DNA from: an uncultured bacterium
GTDB taxonomy: Bacteria; Latescibacterota; UBA2968; GCA-2709665
Reading direction: 5' to 3'
Assembly (NCBI GenBank): GCA_964551635.1
Contig: CAZKDZ010000076.1
Location: 7,287 to 71,286, forward strand
DNA length: 64,000 nucleotides
How positions within the stretch are numbered: position 1 is the stretch's first letter; each line of letters opens with the position of its first letter. Made by a program: the position numbers and the translations under genes. Shown here in pieces: positions 19,471 to 27,626 of the stretch. The notes below the pieces were generated by a model. That model had not been told where the DNA came from. It saw only the letters and a program-made list of their open reading frames with translations, and searched no databases.

Positions 19471-20028
19471 ATGGTCGACGAGATTCTTTCAGAGACCAGG
19501 CAATCGATGACAAGAGCCGTGGAAGCGTTTCAGCACGAAATGGGAACGGTTCGTACAGGGCGCGCAAACACGGCATTGCTGGATAATATTCGCGCTGAAT
19601 ATTACGGTACCCAGGTGCCGCTGAACCAGGTCGCGACCATTGGCATACCGGAGCCGAGGCTGATCGTACTTCAGCCGTGGGACAAGAGCGCGATTCCGGC
19701 CATCGAAAAGGCCATTCAGACCTCGAACCTGGGCCTCACGCCGTCCAGCGACGGGACCGTTATCCGTTTGCCGATACCCCATCTGACCGAGGAACGCCGT
19801 ACGGAACTCGTGCGCGTGGTACGTCAGATGGCGGAAGACAGCAAAGTCTCTGTAAGAAACGCCCGGCGGGACGCCAACGAGATGTTGAAAGACGGTCAGA
19901 AAGAGGGCGAGATTCCTGAAGACGACTCCAGAAAGGGTCAGGACCAGGTGCAGAAGCTGACCGACGATTTTGTGGAGGAAATCGACAAGTTGCTGGCGCG
20001 GAAGGAAGAGGAGATCATGGAGGTCTGA
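19471..20028 (+). CDS. frr: Ribosome recycling factor
   Basis: ATG 19471 gives MVDEILSETRQSMTRAVEAFQHEMGTVRTGRANTALLD; 185 aa. Confidence 0.93.
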   Translation: MVDEILSETRQSMTRAVEAFQHEMGTVRTGRANTALLDNIRAEYYGTQVPLNQVATIGIPEPRLIVLQPWDKSAIPAIEKAIQTSNLGLTPSSDGTVIRLPIPHLTEERRTELVRVVRQMAEDSKVSVRNARRDANEMLKDGQKEGEIPEDDSRKGQDQVQKLTDDFVEEIDKLLARKEEEIMEV

Positions 20029-20042
20029 GTCACGTATGCCGT

Positions 20043-20092
20043 CCGCCGCCAATCGCTGCTTTCCGGTCTTCCGAGGGTGGCGGTTTTTGTTT
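20043..20092 (+). terminator. Rho-independent terminator candidate after frr
   Basis: CCGCCGCC (20043-20050) pairs with GGTGGCGG (20076-20083), followed by TTTTTGTTT. The loop is large. Confidence 0.5.
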
Positions 20093-20161
20093 GGGTGTTG
20101 ACATCGAAGCGCTTCGGGACCGGATTCGGAAGGGCTCGGAAAGGAGTACGCGGTAAACCAG

Positions 20162-21058
20162 GTGCTCATTGGCTTTTTAGGTGACTTACATGGTCGTGTG
20201 CTTCACGCACTCGCCCTGATTGTAACGTGGCAGAAACAAAGCGGCCGGCGTTTCGACATGCTGATTCAGGTAGGGGACATGGGAGCGTTTCGGGACATGT
20301 CCAGTCTGGAGCAGACCGCCAATTGTCATTTTGCCCTGGACCCGTCACAACGCGACTTCGTTCGTCTGATGCAAACTGACGCCGATCTCGCAGAGGCGTT
20401 GTCGACGCTGGGTGGAACCATTGGAACGCCCGTCCATTTCATTCGCGGCAATCACGAAGATTTCGCATTATTGGAAAACCTGCCGCGGGATTCGGGTTCC
20501 GGTACAGCGGCCGTCGATCGTTTCGGGCTGTTGCGTTACGTCCCGGACGGTATGGTGATGACGTTCGGCAAACTACGATTCGCGTTTCTCGGCGGTGTCG
20601 AGGAACGCAGCGATGCAGCAGGCATAAATCGCGGTGCGTATGAAGCGCTTCTGGCTCTGGGGCCTGGAAGCATCGACGTACTTGTAACGCATCAGGGCCC
20701 GTACGGCAGCAGCATCGGATTCAAAGGCGACATTCACGGATCTCGCATGATCACTAACCTGATCGAGGATATTCGCCCGACGTTTAACGTGGCGGGTCAC
20801 GCCCACGTCCTTTCCGGAACGAACCGGTTTGGCGAGACGACGTATCTTGGACTCGATTGCGTGATTCCGTCGCCTCTGTATCACCCTGATGCGCGAGGGT
20901 TTCAGCCCGGCAGTCTCGGCATACTGGATACCGACCATGGTTTGTTGGAGCCGGTTACGGATGATTGGCTGGGCGAATTCGAAACGCCGTTCGATTTTCG
21001 CGATTGGTACGAAAGATATGAAATGCCTGATTTGTCATGGAGACGATATTCATGTTGA
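20162..21058 (+). CDS. Metallophosphoesterase (calcineurin-like)
   Basis: GTG start. Motifs GDLHG, QVGDMG, GNHEDF, THQGP and GHAH appear in the canonical order. Confidence 0.8.
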   Translation: MLIGFLGDLHGRVLHALALIVTWQKQSGRRFDMLIQVGDMGAFRDMSSLEQTANCHFALDPSQRDFVRLMQTDADLAEALSTLGGTIGTPVHFIRGNHEDFALLENLPRDSGSGTAAVDRFGLLRYVPDGMVMTFGKLRFAFLGGVEERSDAAGINRGAYEALLALGPGSIDVLVTHQGPYGSSIGFKGDIHGSRMITNLIEDIRPTFNVAGHAHVLSGTNRFGETTYLGLDCVIPSPLYHPDARGFQPGSLGILDTDHGLLEPVTDDWLGEFETPFDFRDWYERYEMPDLSWRRYSC

Positions 21059-21251
21059 GGAAGTTCGAGAAGAGATTAAAGTGGAGAAAGATATCGTACG
21101 TATTCCTGTCCAAACTCCGGTCTGCAAAACATGCGGAGAAAGATACTATGATCGTCGCACCGTGCGTTACCTGGAAGAAATGGAGCAGAAGCTTCTATCA
21201 GGTCAGATAAATCTTCAGCAAGTAGGGAAGGTATTGGTACCAACGGTGTAA
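21018..21251 (+). CDS. YgiT-type zinc-ribbon protein (like the MqsA antitoxin N-terminal domain), 77 aa
   Basis: MKCLICHGDD...(29 aa)...CKTCGERYYD gives two CxxC pairs. ATG 21018 overlaps the last 41 nt of the metallophosphoesterase in another frame. Confidence 0.6.
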   Translation: MKCLICHGDDIHVEEVREEIKVEKDIVRIPVQTPVCKTCGERYYDRRTVRYLEEMEQKLLSGQINLQQVGKVLVPTV

Positions 21252-21440
21252 GAGCCAGTGTTTGTGTTGTTGGCAGAAAACTCATCATCCGTTTTTGGTA
21301 CCACCACGTAGTCTGCAAGAAAAGAGACCTGGAGATGATTCAAGAGACATTACTCTGTATATGGAAATCCCAGGAAAAGAGCTTTAGTACGTGGATCAAC
21401 TTGAGCGGTGGCACGATGATTCCTGATCGCCTCTTCTTGG

Positions 21441-22187
21441 GTGTCCTATGATATGTTACTGTTGACGGTGATCGCGATTGTCTTTGTGGCGGCGCTGGTC
21501 CATTCGACGCTCGGGTTCGGGACGGCCCTGGTTGCGATGCCGATGCTGGTGATGGTGTTGGATGCGAGGGTCGCGACGCCACTGGTCGGGCTGACGATGC
21601 TGACGACAATCGCCCTGCTTCTGGTTGGGACCTGGCGGGAGCTGGACGTCAGGTCCGCGTTACATTTGCTCGCCGCATCGATACCCGGCATACCTGTCGG
21701 TCTGCTGATCCTGAGTCACGTGCCGGAGGATGTCTTCAAGGCCGTGCTGGGAATTCTGCTCATCGCCGTCAGTCTGTACAACCTGTCGACGTCCGGCCTG
21801 CCGAAGCTTGAACGCATCGGTTGGGCCCACGCGTTCGGCTTCGTTTCCGGCGTGCTCGGCGGCGCGTACAACGTCAATGCGGCGCCGGTGGCCGTTTACG
21901 GGATTATGCGGCGGTGGCCGCCAGAACACTTCAGAGCGACGCTGCAGGGATATTTTTTCCCCTCTACTTTGCTTATCGTCGCCAGCCACGGATTGGCCGG
22001 ACTGTGGACGGGGGACGTATTCGGATTCTATCTGCCGGCCGTGCCCGCCGTCGCTCTTGCCGTTGTGCTTGGCCGCTTCATCGGCGCGCGCATTGCACCC
22101 GATCGATTTCAGCGTGTTCTGTACATGGCCCTGATGGCGTTCGGGCTGCTGCTCCTGGTGTCGCCTTTGTTTTCGCCCGTGGATTGA
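21441..22187 (+). CDS. TauE/SafE family sulfite/anion exporter-like membrane protein
   Basis: 248 aa with about 8 TM segments. Contains VHSTLGFGTALVAMPML and a second GGAYN-type half-repeat. Confidence 0.85.
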   Translation: MSYDMLLLTVIAIVFVAALVHSTLGFGTALVAMPMLVMVLDARVATPLVGLTMLTTIALLLVGTWRELDVRSALHLLAASIPGIPVGLLILSHVPEDVFKAVLGILLIAVSLYNLSTSGLPKLERIGWAHAFGFVSGVLGGAYNVNAAPVAVYGIMRRWPPEHFRATLQGYFFPSTLLIVASHGLAGLWTGDVFGFYLPAVPAVALAVVLGRFIGARIAPDRFQRVLYMALMAFGLLLLVSPLFSPVD

Positions 22188-22226
22188 CCCATCGCGAAAT
22201 CCGTAATCTCGCGCTTTTTTGGTCTT

Positions 22227-22298
22227 TTCGTAGTCTCGTAGTTTCGTCGTCTCGCGCCTTTTCGCCTTTCATAGTTTCGTATATTCGTAGTTTCGTTT
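22227..22298 (+). repeat. Degenerate 8-bp-period tandem array (TTCGTAGT-type), array A
   Basis: ttcgtagt ctcgtagt ttcgtcgt ctcgcgcc ..., then (phase +1) tttcgtat attcgtag tttcgttt. Ends about 20 nt before GTG 22318. Confidence 0.7.
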
Positions 22299-22317
22299 TT
22301 TTGAAAGGGAGAATTCC

Positions 22318-22680
22318 GTGAACGCTACTCAACCCATGGTCGTCCATTACGTCAATGATATGGACAGAGCGTTGCCCTTTTACCGCGACGTCCTCGGATT
22401 GAAGTTGGAGTTCGAATCGACGGGATGGAGCACGCTGCGCTGCGGAGGATGCATCGTGGCGCTTCACATTCTCTCTCCCGGTATGAGCGAAGGTGCTGTC
22501 GCCCACGCCGGTCTGAATCTCCACGTGGACGATCTCGATGCCGCGGTGAAAGAAGTCGCGGCAGGCGGCGGTGAGGTCAAAAACGTACGTGAAGCCGGCG
22601 GAGGCATTCCGGTCCGCATAGCCGTCATCGCGGATCCGTCAGGCAATGTCTTCGAACTGCGTCAGTACGTCGGCGACTGA
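22318..22680 (+). CDS. VOC (glyoxalase/bleomycin-resistance) family protein
   Basis: GTG 7 nt after AAGGGAG. VHYVNDMDRALPFYRDVLGL is a typical VOC N-terminus; 120 aa. Confidence 0.8.
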   Translation: MNATQPMVVHYVNDMDRALPFYRDVLGLKLEFESTGWSTLRCGGCIVALHILSPGMSEGAVAHAGLNLHVDDLDAAVKEVAAGGGEVKNVREAGGGIPVRIAVIADPSGNVFELRQYVGD

Positions 22681-22935
22681 ATCCAGGACCATTCCCCCCG
22701 CCCGCCCGACCACCGGGTGAGACGTAAGCCGGGAGGGTAGAGATCGCATGCCGTGTAAAGTTTCTTTTTATGCCGCAGGCAAGTCGGAAGAATAGACCGG
22801 CAAGGGCTTCTTCTCCCGTCTTACGTCTTGCGTCTACCCGGTTTTCTCGCGTCTACCCGCATTCAGGCTCATCGTGGCCAATTGAGCGGCTGTCTAAATT
22901 CGAATTAAGGTTAACCACTTGATGGAGGTCTCTCC

Positions 22936-23463
22936 GTGAAGAACTGTATTCTCGCCGTCGTACTGTCCGCCATTGTACTGTTCGTATGGGGGTTTGTCTC
23001 GTGGACGATATTGCCCTGGCACAATGCGGTTGCGAACAAATTCGCAGACGAATCGGCCGTTGCATCCGTCCTCAGGGAAAACGCGCCTTCGGCGGGGATG
23101 TATTATCTTCCGTTTGCGCAGGAAGACCTTCAGCCCGGTGCGTTGTTCGCGCTCGCGAACGTCTTGCCCGATGGCGTTGAATCGGGCATGGAAGGGATGA
23201 TGGTCGTCGCCGTGCTCGGACAGGCGATTTCCGCGCTTCTCGTCCTTCTTCTTTTGTGCAAGACGTCGAACCTGGATTATTGGGGACGGGTCCGCTTCGT
23301 GGCGCTTGCGGGCGTGGCTATCGGATTCATAAGCCACTTTCCGTATTGGAACTGGTTCGGCTTCTCCACGTCGTACACACTCGTCATCATCCTGGATACG
23401 CTGATCGCATGGACCCTTGCCGGTCTGGTCCTGGCCAGATTCGTGGAAGGGAAATCCGCGTAG
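22936..23463 (+). CDS. Hypothetical membrane protein
   Basis: GTG after GGAGG; 175 aa with about 4 hydrophobic segments. No family recognised. Confidence 0.6.
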   Translation: MKNCILAVVLSAIVLFVWGFVSWTILPWHNAVANKFADESAVASVLRENAPSAGMYYLPFAQEDLQPGALFALANVLPDGVESGMEGMMVVAVLGQAISALLVLLLLCKTSNLDYWGRVRFVALAGVAIGFISHFPYWNWFGFSTSYTLVIILDTLIAWTLAGLVLARFVEGKSA

Positions 23464-23488
23464 GTCGATTTCGAGAATGAGGTGTCGA

Positions 23489-24388
23489 ATGGCTTCACAG
23501 CAGTCGGGCGTGTCATCGGACGTGAACCGGGCGAGCCGAACGGCGAACCTGGCGGCGTGCGTGCGTGCGTATCATTGCCGCTGGCACGCGTCACCGATCT
23601 TCGCCGACACCTACGCATATGACATGATATCGGGATTCTGGCGGGCGATTGCCAGGCGCCGCTTGTCAAGCTGGATAACCGTTCACACGGTGTTCCGCGC
23701 GTTCCGCCCCATACACACGGAAATCGTCCTGCGTTCCAGGTATGCCGAAGACCGCCTCATGGACGCCGCGGGTACGGGCGTTACGCAGTACGTCATTCTG
23801 GGAGCCGGGCTCGATACGTTTTCCATGCGCCAGGACGCGCGTATGGAAGGGTTGCGTATTTTCGAGCTGGATCATCCCGCGACCCAGGAAATGAAGCGCG
23901 AAAGGGTGCTGAAGGTATATGGAAGGATCCCCGCCAATCTCGTGTTCGTTCCCATCGACTTTGAAACCGATCACCTCGACGAGGCGCTTGCAAGGGCCGG
24001 ATTCGATCCACTAACGCCGTCTTTCTTTTCCTGGCTGGGCACAACCTATTATCTCTCAAAGGACGCCATACGTGAGACGCTGGGGCGTGTCGCCGGCGTT
24101 GTTGCCCCCGGCAGCCGCATGGTTCTCGACTACAAGCTCGACAGGGACCTCGTTCCTGCGGAGAGCCTCCCGTTCGCCGACAAGCTGGACCGCTTCGTGG
24201 CGCGGCGCGGAGAGCCTATGCTGTCCACGTTCACGCCGGAGGAGTTGAAGGACGTGATGTCCGGATTCGGCTTTTCGGAACTGGAGAACCTCCCGGCCCG
24301 CGAGCAGAAACGCCGTTACCTGAACGAAGGATCCGGCCTGGCGGATCCCGCGCCGAATTTCTCATTTGCCCTATATGGCGCGACTTAA
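23489..24388 (+). CDS. Class I SAM-dependent methyltransferase (TIGR00027/Leu carboxyl-MTase-like)
   Basis: Contains QYVILGAGLDTF, ELDHPATQE and FFSWLGTTYYLSKDAI. The start could instead be 23477. Confidence 0.8.
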   Translation: MASQQSGVSSDVNRASRTANLAACVRAYHCRWHASPIFADTYAYDMISGFWRAIARRRLSSWITVHTVFRAFRPIHTEIVLRSRYAEDRLMDAAGTGVTQYVILGAGLDTFSMRQDARMEGLRIFELDHPATQEMKRERVLKVYGRIPANLVFVPIDFETDHLDEALARAGFDPLTPSFFSWLGTTYYLSKDAIRETLGRVAGVVAPGSRMVLDYKLDRDLVPAESLPFADKLDRFVARRGEPMLSTFTPEELKDVMSGFGFSELENLPAREQKRRYLNEGSGLADPAPNFSFALYGAT

Positions 24389-24416
24389 TCTGACATCCGG
24401 GCGACCCTGACATACC

Positions 24417-24923
24417 GTGTCGTCACCGGGACGAATTGTGGACCCGATTCAAAGAGACCGGCAATTGACAGATCCAAAGCGACGAATCGGCAAAGTCAGC
24501 TTACGGCAAGGTCTCATGTTGATCTTTATCCTTGGAAGCGCCGGGCTGGGCGCTGAGCTGCTGCTGCTGGAGCATTTCAAGGAGTGGCGGCAACAGGTGC
24601 CCCTGGCGCTTCTGGTATTGGGTCTCCTTCTGCTGGCGGTCCATCTGGTCTATAAGGGTCCTGTTGTCCTGCGGTTGTTCCGGCTGACGATGCTGGCGTT
24701 CGTACTCGGCGGGATCGTGGGTGTCTGGATTCACTTCGACGCGAACCTGGATTTTGAATTGGAGATGTATTCGAAGCTGAGCGGCTGGGATCTGATATCC
24801 AGATCGGCGCACGGCGCCCTCCCGGTCCTGGCGCCCGGCGCGCTCATCCAGCTTGGTTTGATCGGCTTTCTGTACGCGTACCGGCATCCGGGTCCAGGCG
24901 CCGGACAACATGAATCGGATTAG
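24417..24923 (+). CDS. Hypothetical membrane protein
   Basis: 168-aa ORF with 4 hydrophobic helices; GTG start is uncertain. Confidence 0.5.
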   Translation: MSSPGRIVDPIQRDRQLTDPKRRIGKVSLRQGLMLIFILGSAGLGAELLLLEHFKEWRQQVPLALLVLGLLLLAVHLVYKGPVVLRLFRLTMLAFVLGGIVGVWIHFDANLDFELEMYSKLSGWDLISRSAHGALPVLAPGALIQLGLIGFLYAYRHPGPGAGQHESD

Positions 24924-25009
24924 GGCATTCCGGGCACATTCGTCAACCCAACTTCCCGCTCGGGTCCGAGGAAAACCGATTTCCGGACCGAAAACTGAGT
25001 GAAAGCAAA

Positions 25010-25047
25010 GAGCGGCGCGTCTCCGGGCAGACGCGCCGCTCCTTTTC
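25010..25047. terminator. Bidirectional rho-independent terminator between convergent genes
   Basis: Perfect 13-bp stem GAGCGGCGCGTCT (25010-25022) / AGACGCGCCGCTC (25029-25041), flanked by AAAGCAAA upstream and CTTTTC downstream. Confidence 0.65.
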
Positions 25048-25093
25048 ATGTACATCTCGCGGCTTTCGAGAATTGGATTCCCCTCAGGACATT

Positions 25094-25561
25094 CTAATAT
25101 TCGATACGGTCATCCATCTTCTGCCATTCACGAAAAACCGGCAGCGCTTCGTCCCGCATGAGTTGGCGGGAAGGGATTCGCCGTTCGGTCCTCGGCAGTT
25201 GTATCTCCCGGTAGAAGTAATCGTCGTCGAAACCGATTTCCGCCGCATCTTCAGCGGTATTGGCGAAGTAGATCTTCTCGATCCTTGCCCAGTAGATGGC
25301 GGCCAGGCACATCGGGCAGGGCTCGCAACTGGCGTAGATTTCTGTCCCGGGAAGGTGAAATGCCTGCAGTCTCGATCCCGCTCTCCTGATCGCTACGATC
25401 TCTGCGTGGGCGGTCGGATCGTTGCGGGTGACCACCTCGTTGTATCCCTCCGCGATGATCCTGCCGTCCTTCACGATGACCGCGCCGAAAGGCCCGCCTC
25501 CGCGGGTCCGCATCCGGATTCGAGAGAGTTCTATCGCTCTTTCCATGAATTCCCGTTGCAT
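25094..25561 (-). CDS. Zinc-dependent nucleoside/nucleobase deaminase (CDA fold; guanine deaminase/TadA-like)
   Basis: ATG 25561 gives a 155-aa protein with PTAHAEIVAIR and SCEPCPMCLAAI (HAE and PCxxC zinc motifs). The longer track ORF is an extension. Confidence 0.85.
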   Translation of the reverse strand: MQREFMERAIELSRIRMRTRGGGPFGAVIVKDGRIIAEGYNEVVTRNDPTAHAEIVAIRRAGSRLQAFHLPGTEIYASCEPCPMCLAAIYWARIEKIYFANTAEDAAEIGFDDDYFYREIQLPRTERRIPSRQLMRDEALPVFREWQKMDDRIEY

Positions 25562-25938
25562 CTCAATTCGCTCCTCATCATCTTCAACTGTTTTGAACGC
25601 ATCCCACGACCTTGTGTTTGGGATCGTCGGGAAGGTCCTCGTGCCCGAGATTCGCGTCCGCGCCGACGGAAGGCGCAGGAATAATTCCTCCGTATTTAGC
25701 CTTGATTCACAATTATTCGGGGACCTGAATGTCAAATGTGCACAGACGAACAGAGGCGAATTGACGTCAAGAGTCCCGGATACTTGACGTCACTGGGCGT
25801 GAAGGTGAATTTCAACCATTTGAACGACCTCAATACCCCTTTTTCGCACCGTCACCTTCTGTGCCTTTTTTGTGCTTTTTGTGGTAAATTGACTGTTGTC
25901 TCTTTTCGAATTGAGGTCAGTCGGAGAACTTCGTGGTC

Positions 25939-25967
25939 TTGACAGTGACGCGGCAGAAATCTATGTT
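25939..25967 (+). promoter_or_regulatory. Sigma70-like promoter for the Memo-like gene
   Basis: TTGACA (25939-25944), 17-nt spacer, TATGTT (25962-25967). Confidence 0.5.
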
Positions 25968-26016
25968 CCTGATGCCCCTTGAATGAGACGTTTCAGCATA
26001 CCAGGCGAGGAAGAAT

Positions 26017-27354
26017 ATGCAACAGGATACGGCATACGCAAACGATACCGCGCTGCCCCGTGCGCGAAATGTCGAAGTGATCCCGGTCGACCAGGGCGGC
26101 AGCCGCATGTTCTACGTTCGCGATCCGCTGGAGATCGCCCCGCAGCCGCTGCTGCTCGGACCGGCGGGGATGTTCGTCCTGTCGCATCTGGATGGCCGGC
26201 ACACCATCGATCAGATTCTCGAATCTCTCCGGAGAAGTGTTCCGGGCGGCGACTTCGGAGTCGGTGACATCCGGCACGTGCTGGGCAAACTCAGCGAGAG
26301 CTGCTACCTTGACGACCACGTGGCCGCGGCACGGGCCGCCCGGATACGGGAGGAATTCGAGCGGTCCGACATTCGACGGGCATGGCACGCGGGAACCGCC
26401 TACCCGAACGACCCGGGAGAACTCGCGGGGATGTTCGACCGGTTCTTCGAAACCGCCGCTTCCTCGGCGAAGGCGCGAAATGGAGACAGGTGCGGGGTCG
26501 GGGAGGAGCGGCTTGCCGCCATCATGTGCCCTCACATCGATTTGCGCGCGGGCGGCGAGACGTATCCGCCTGCCTTCAATGCGCTGGCCGCGGCCTCCGG
26601 CGGCGAGCGCCCCTGCGAACTCTTCGTCATCCTCGGCGTGGCCCACAACGGCGGTACGGAACCGGGAGAGAGCTTCGCCATCGCGACGGACAAACACTAC
26701 GAAACGCCGTTTGGACGCGTGCCGACAGACGCGGATGTAATCGAGGACTGGTCCGGCCGTGCCGGGCGCGACGTCACGGAGCAACAGTGGCTGCACCGGA
26801 CCGAACACTCCGTCGAGTTCGCCCTGCTGTTTCTTCAGTATATCCAGGTCCGGGAGGCACTGGCGCCGTTCCAGGTGGCGCCGGTCCTGCTCGGAAGCGT
26901 CGATCACTACCTGCGCGAAGGGCTGGACCCCTTGCAGGCGCCGGAGGTCGTTGCCGAACTCGAGGCGCTGCGTGCGGCGGTATCTGCGAGCGGTAAGCGT
27001 ACCGTGTACGTGCTCAGCGTGGACCTGGCGCACATCGGACCGAAATTCGGCCATCCGGACCGGGTCGACGATGCCGCTGCCGCGGCCTGCGAGGCGGCCG
27101 ACCGCGAACTGCTGGGTCTTGCGCAACGGTTCGATGCGGCCGGCCTTTACGGGTCGCTGCAGGCCGACGGTAACGGCCGGAACGTGGACGCCGCCGCCGG
27201 TCTGTTTTCGCTCCAAACGCTTCTGGGCGGCGCAGATTGCCGCGTCGACCTGCTCAGCTACGGGCAGAACCGCCAGGCAGACTCAGGATCGCTGGTCAGC
27301 TACGCCAGCATGGCCTTCTATGCAACATTGCCCCGATCCGCGGGCGGCGGGTGA
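26017..27354 (+). CDS. MEMO1 / AmmeMemoRadiSam-protein-B-like protein with an extra ~120-aa N-terminal domain
   Basis: The Memo core starts at IRRAWHAGTAYPNDPGELAGMF, followed by MCPHIDLRAGG and LSVDLAHIGPKFGH. The N-terminal extension has a PqqD/RRE-like pattern (see findings). Confidence 0.8.
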   Translation: MQQDTAYANDTALPRARNVEVIPVDQGGSRMFYVRDPLEIAPQPLLLGPAGMFVLSHLDGRHTIDQILESLRRSVPGGDFGVGDIRHVLGKLSESCYLDDHVAAARAARIREEFERSDIRRAWHAGTAYPNDPGELAGMFDRFFETAASSAKARNGDRCGVGEERLAAIMCPHIDLRAGGETYPPAFNALAAASGGERPCELFVILGVAHNGGTEPGESFAIATDKHYETPFGRVPTDADVIEDWSGRAGRDVTEQQWLHRTEHSVEFALLFLQYIQVREALAPFQVAPVLLGSVDHYLREGLDPLQAPEVVAELEALRAAVSASGKRTVYVLSVDLAHIGPKFGHPDRVDDAAAAACEAADRELLGLAQRFDAAGLYGSLQADGNGRNVDAAAGLFSLQTLLGGADCRVDLLSYGQNRQADSGSLVSYASMAFYATLPRSAGGG

Positions 27355-27626
27355 CTCGGCGCGTTTCCAAGTCTTGTGTGGCGCCCTTCAATCGGATGCT
27401 GTGCCGCAATTTATGTAAACCTGGCTGCTTTCTTGCGTCTCGCGTACACTCCTGTCCCATGTTATATTCCTTTAGTATCCGGAGCGAGGGCGTCCCGGGC
27501 GCGCCGATTGGTACAACTGCTCCATTGCATTTCTTCAGGTTCGGTGCACAACCCCGCCTTTACAATTATCCTGGACAGCAGTGATAACCCGTGTTTCCCA
27601 ATTTGGCAGTTTTCCAGGAGGCTGAT

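Noticed and set aside
25736-25942. 68-aa ORF upstream of the RRE-Memo fusion, and the 41-codon ORF MLYSFSIRS... (about 27459-27584) downstream, considered as possible RiPP precursor peptides.
   Set aside because: Neither has an RBS. The first overlaps the -35 box of the Memo promoter at its very end and so lies upstream of the Memo transcription start. The second is the tail of an alternative-frame ORF. Neither has a leader/core-like composition. This remains open only if comparative data show conservation.
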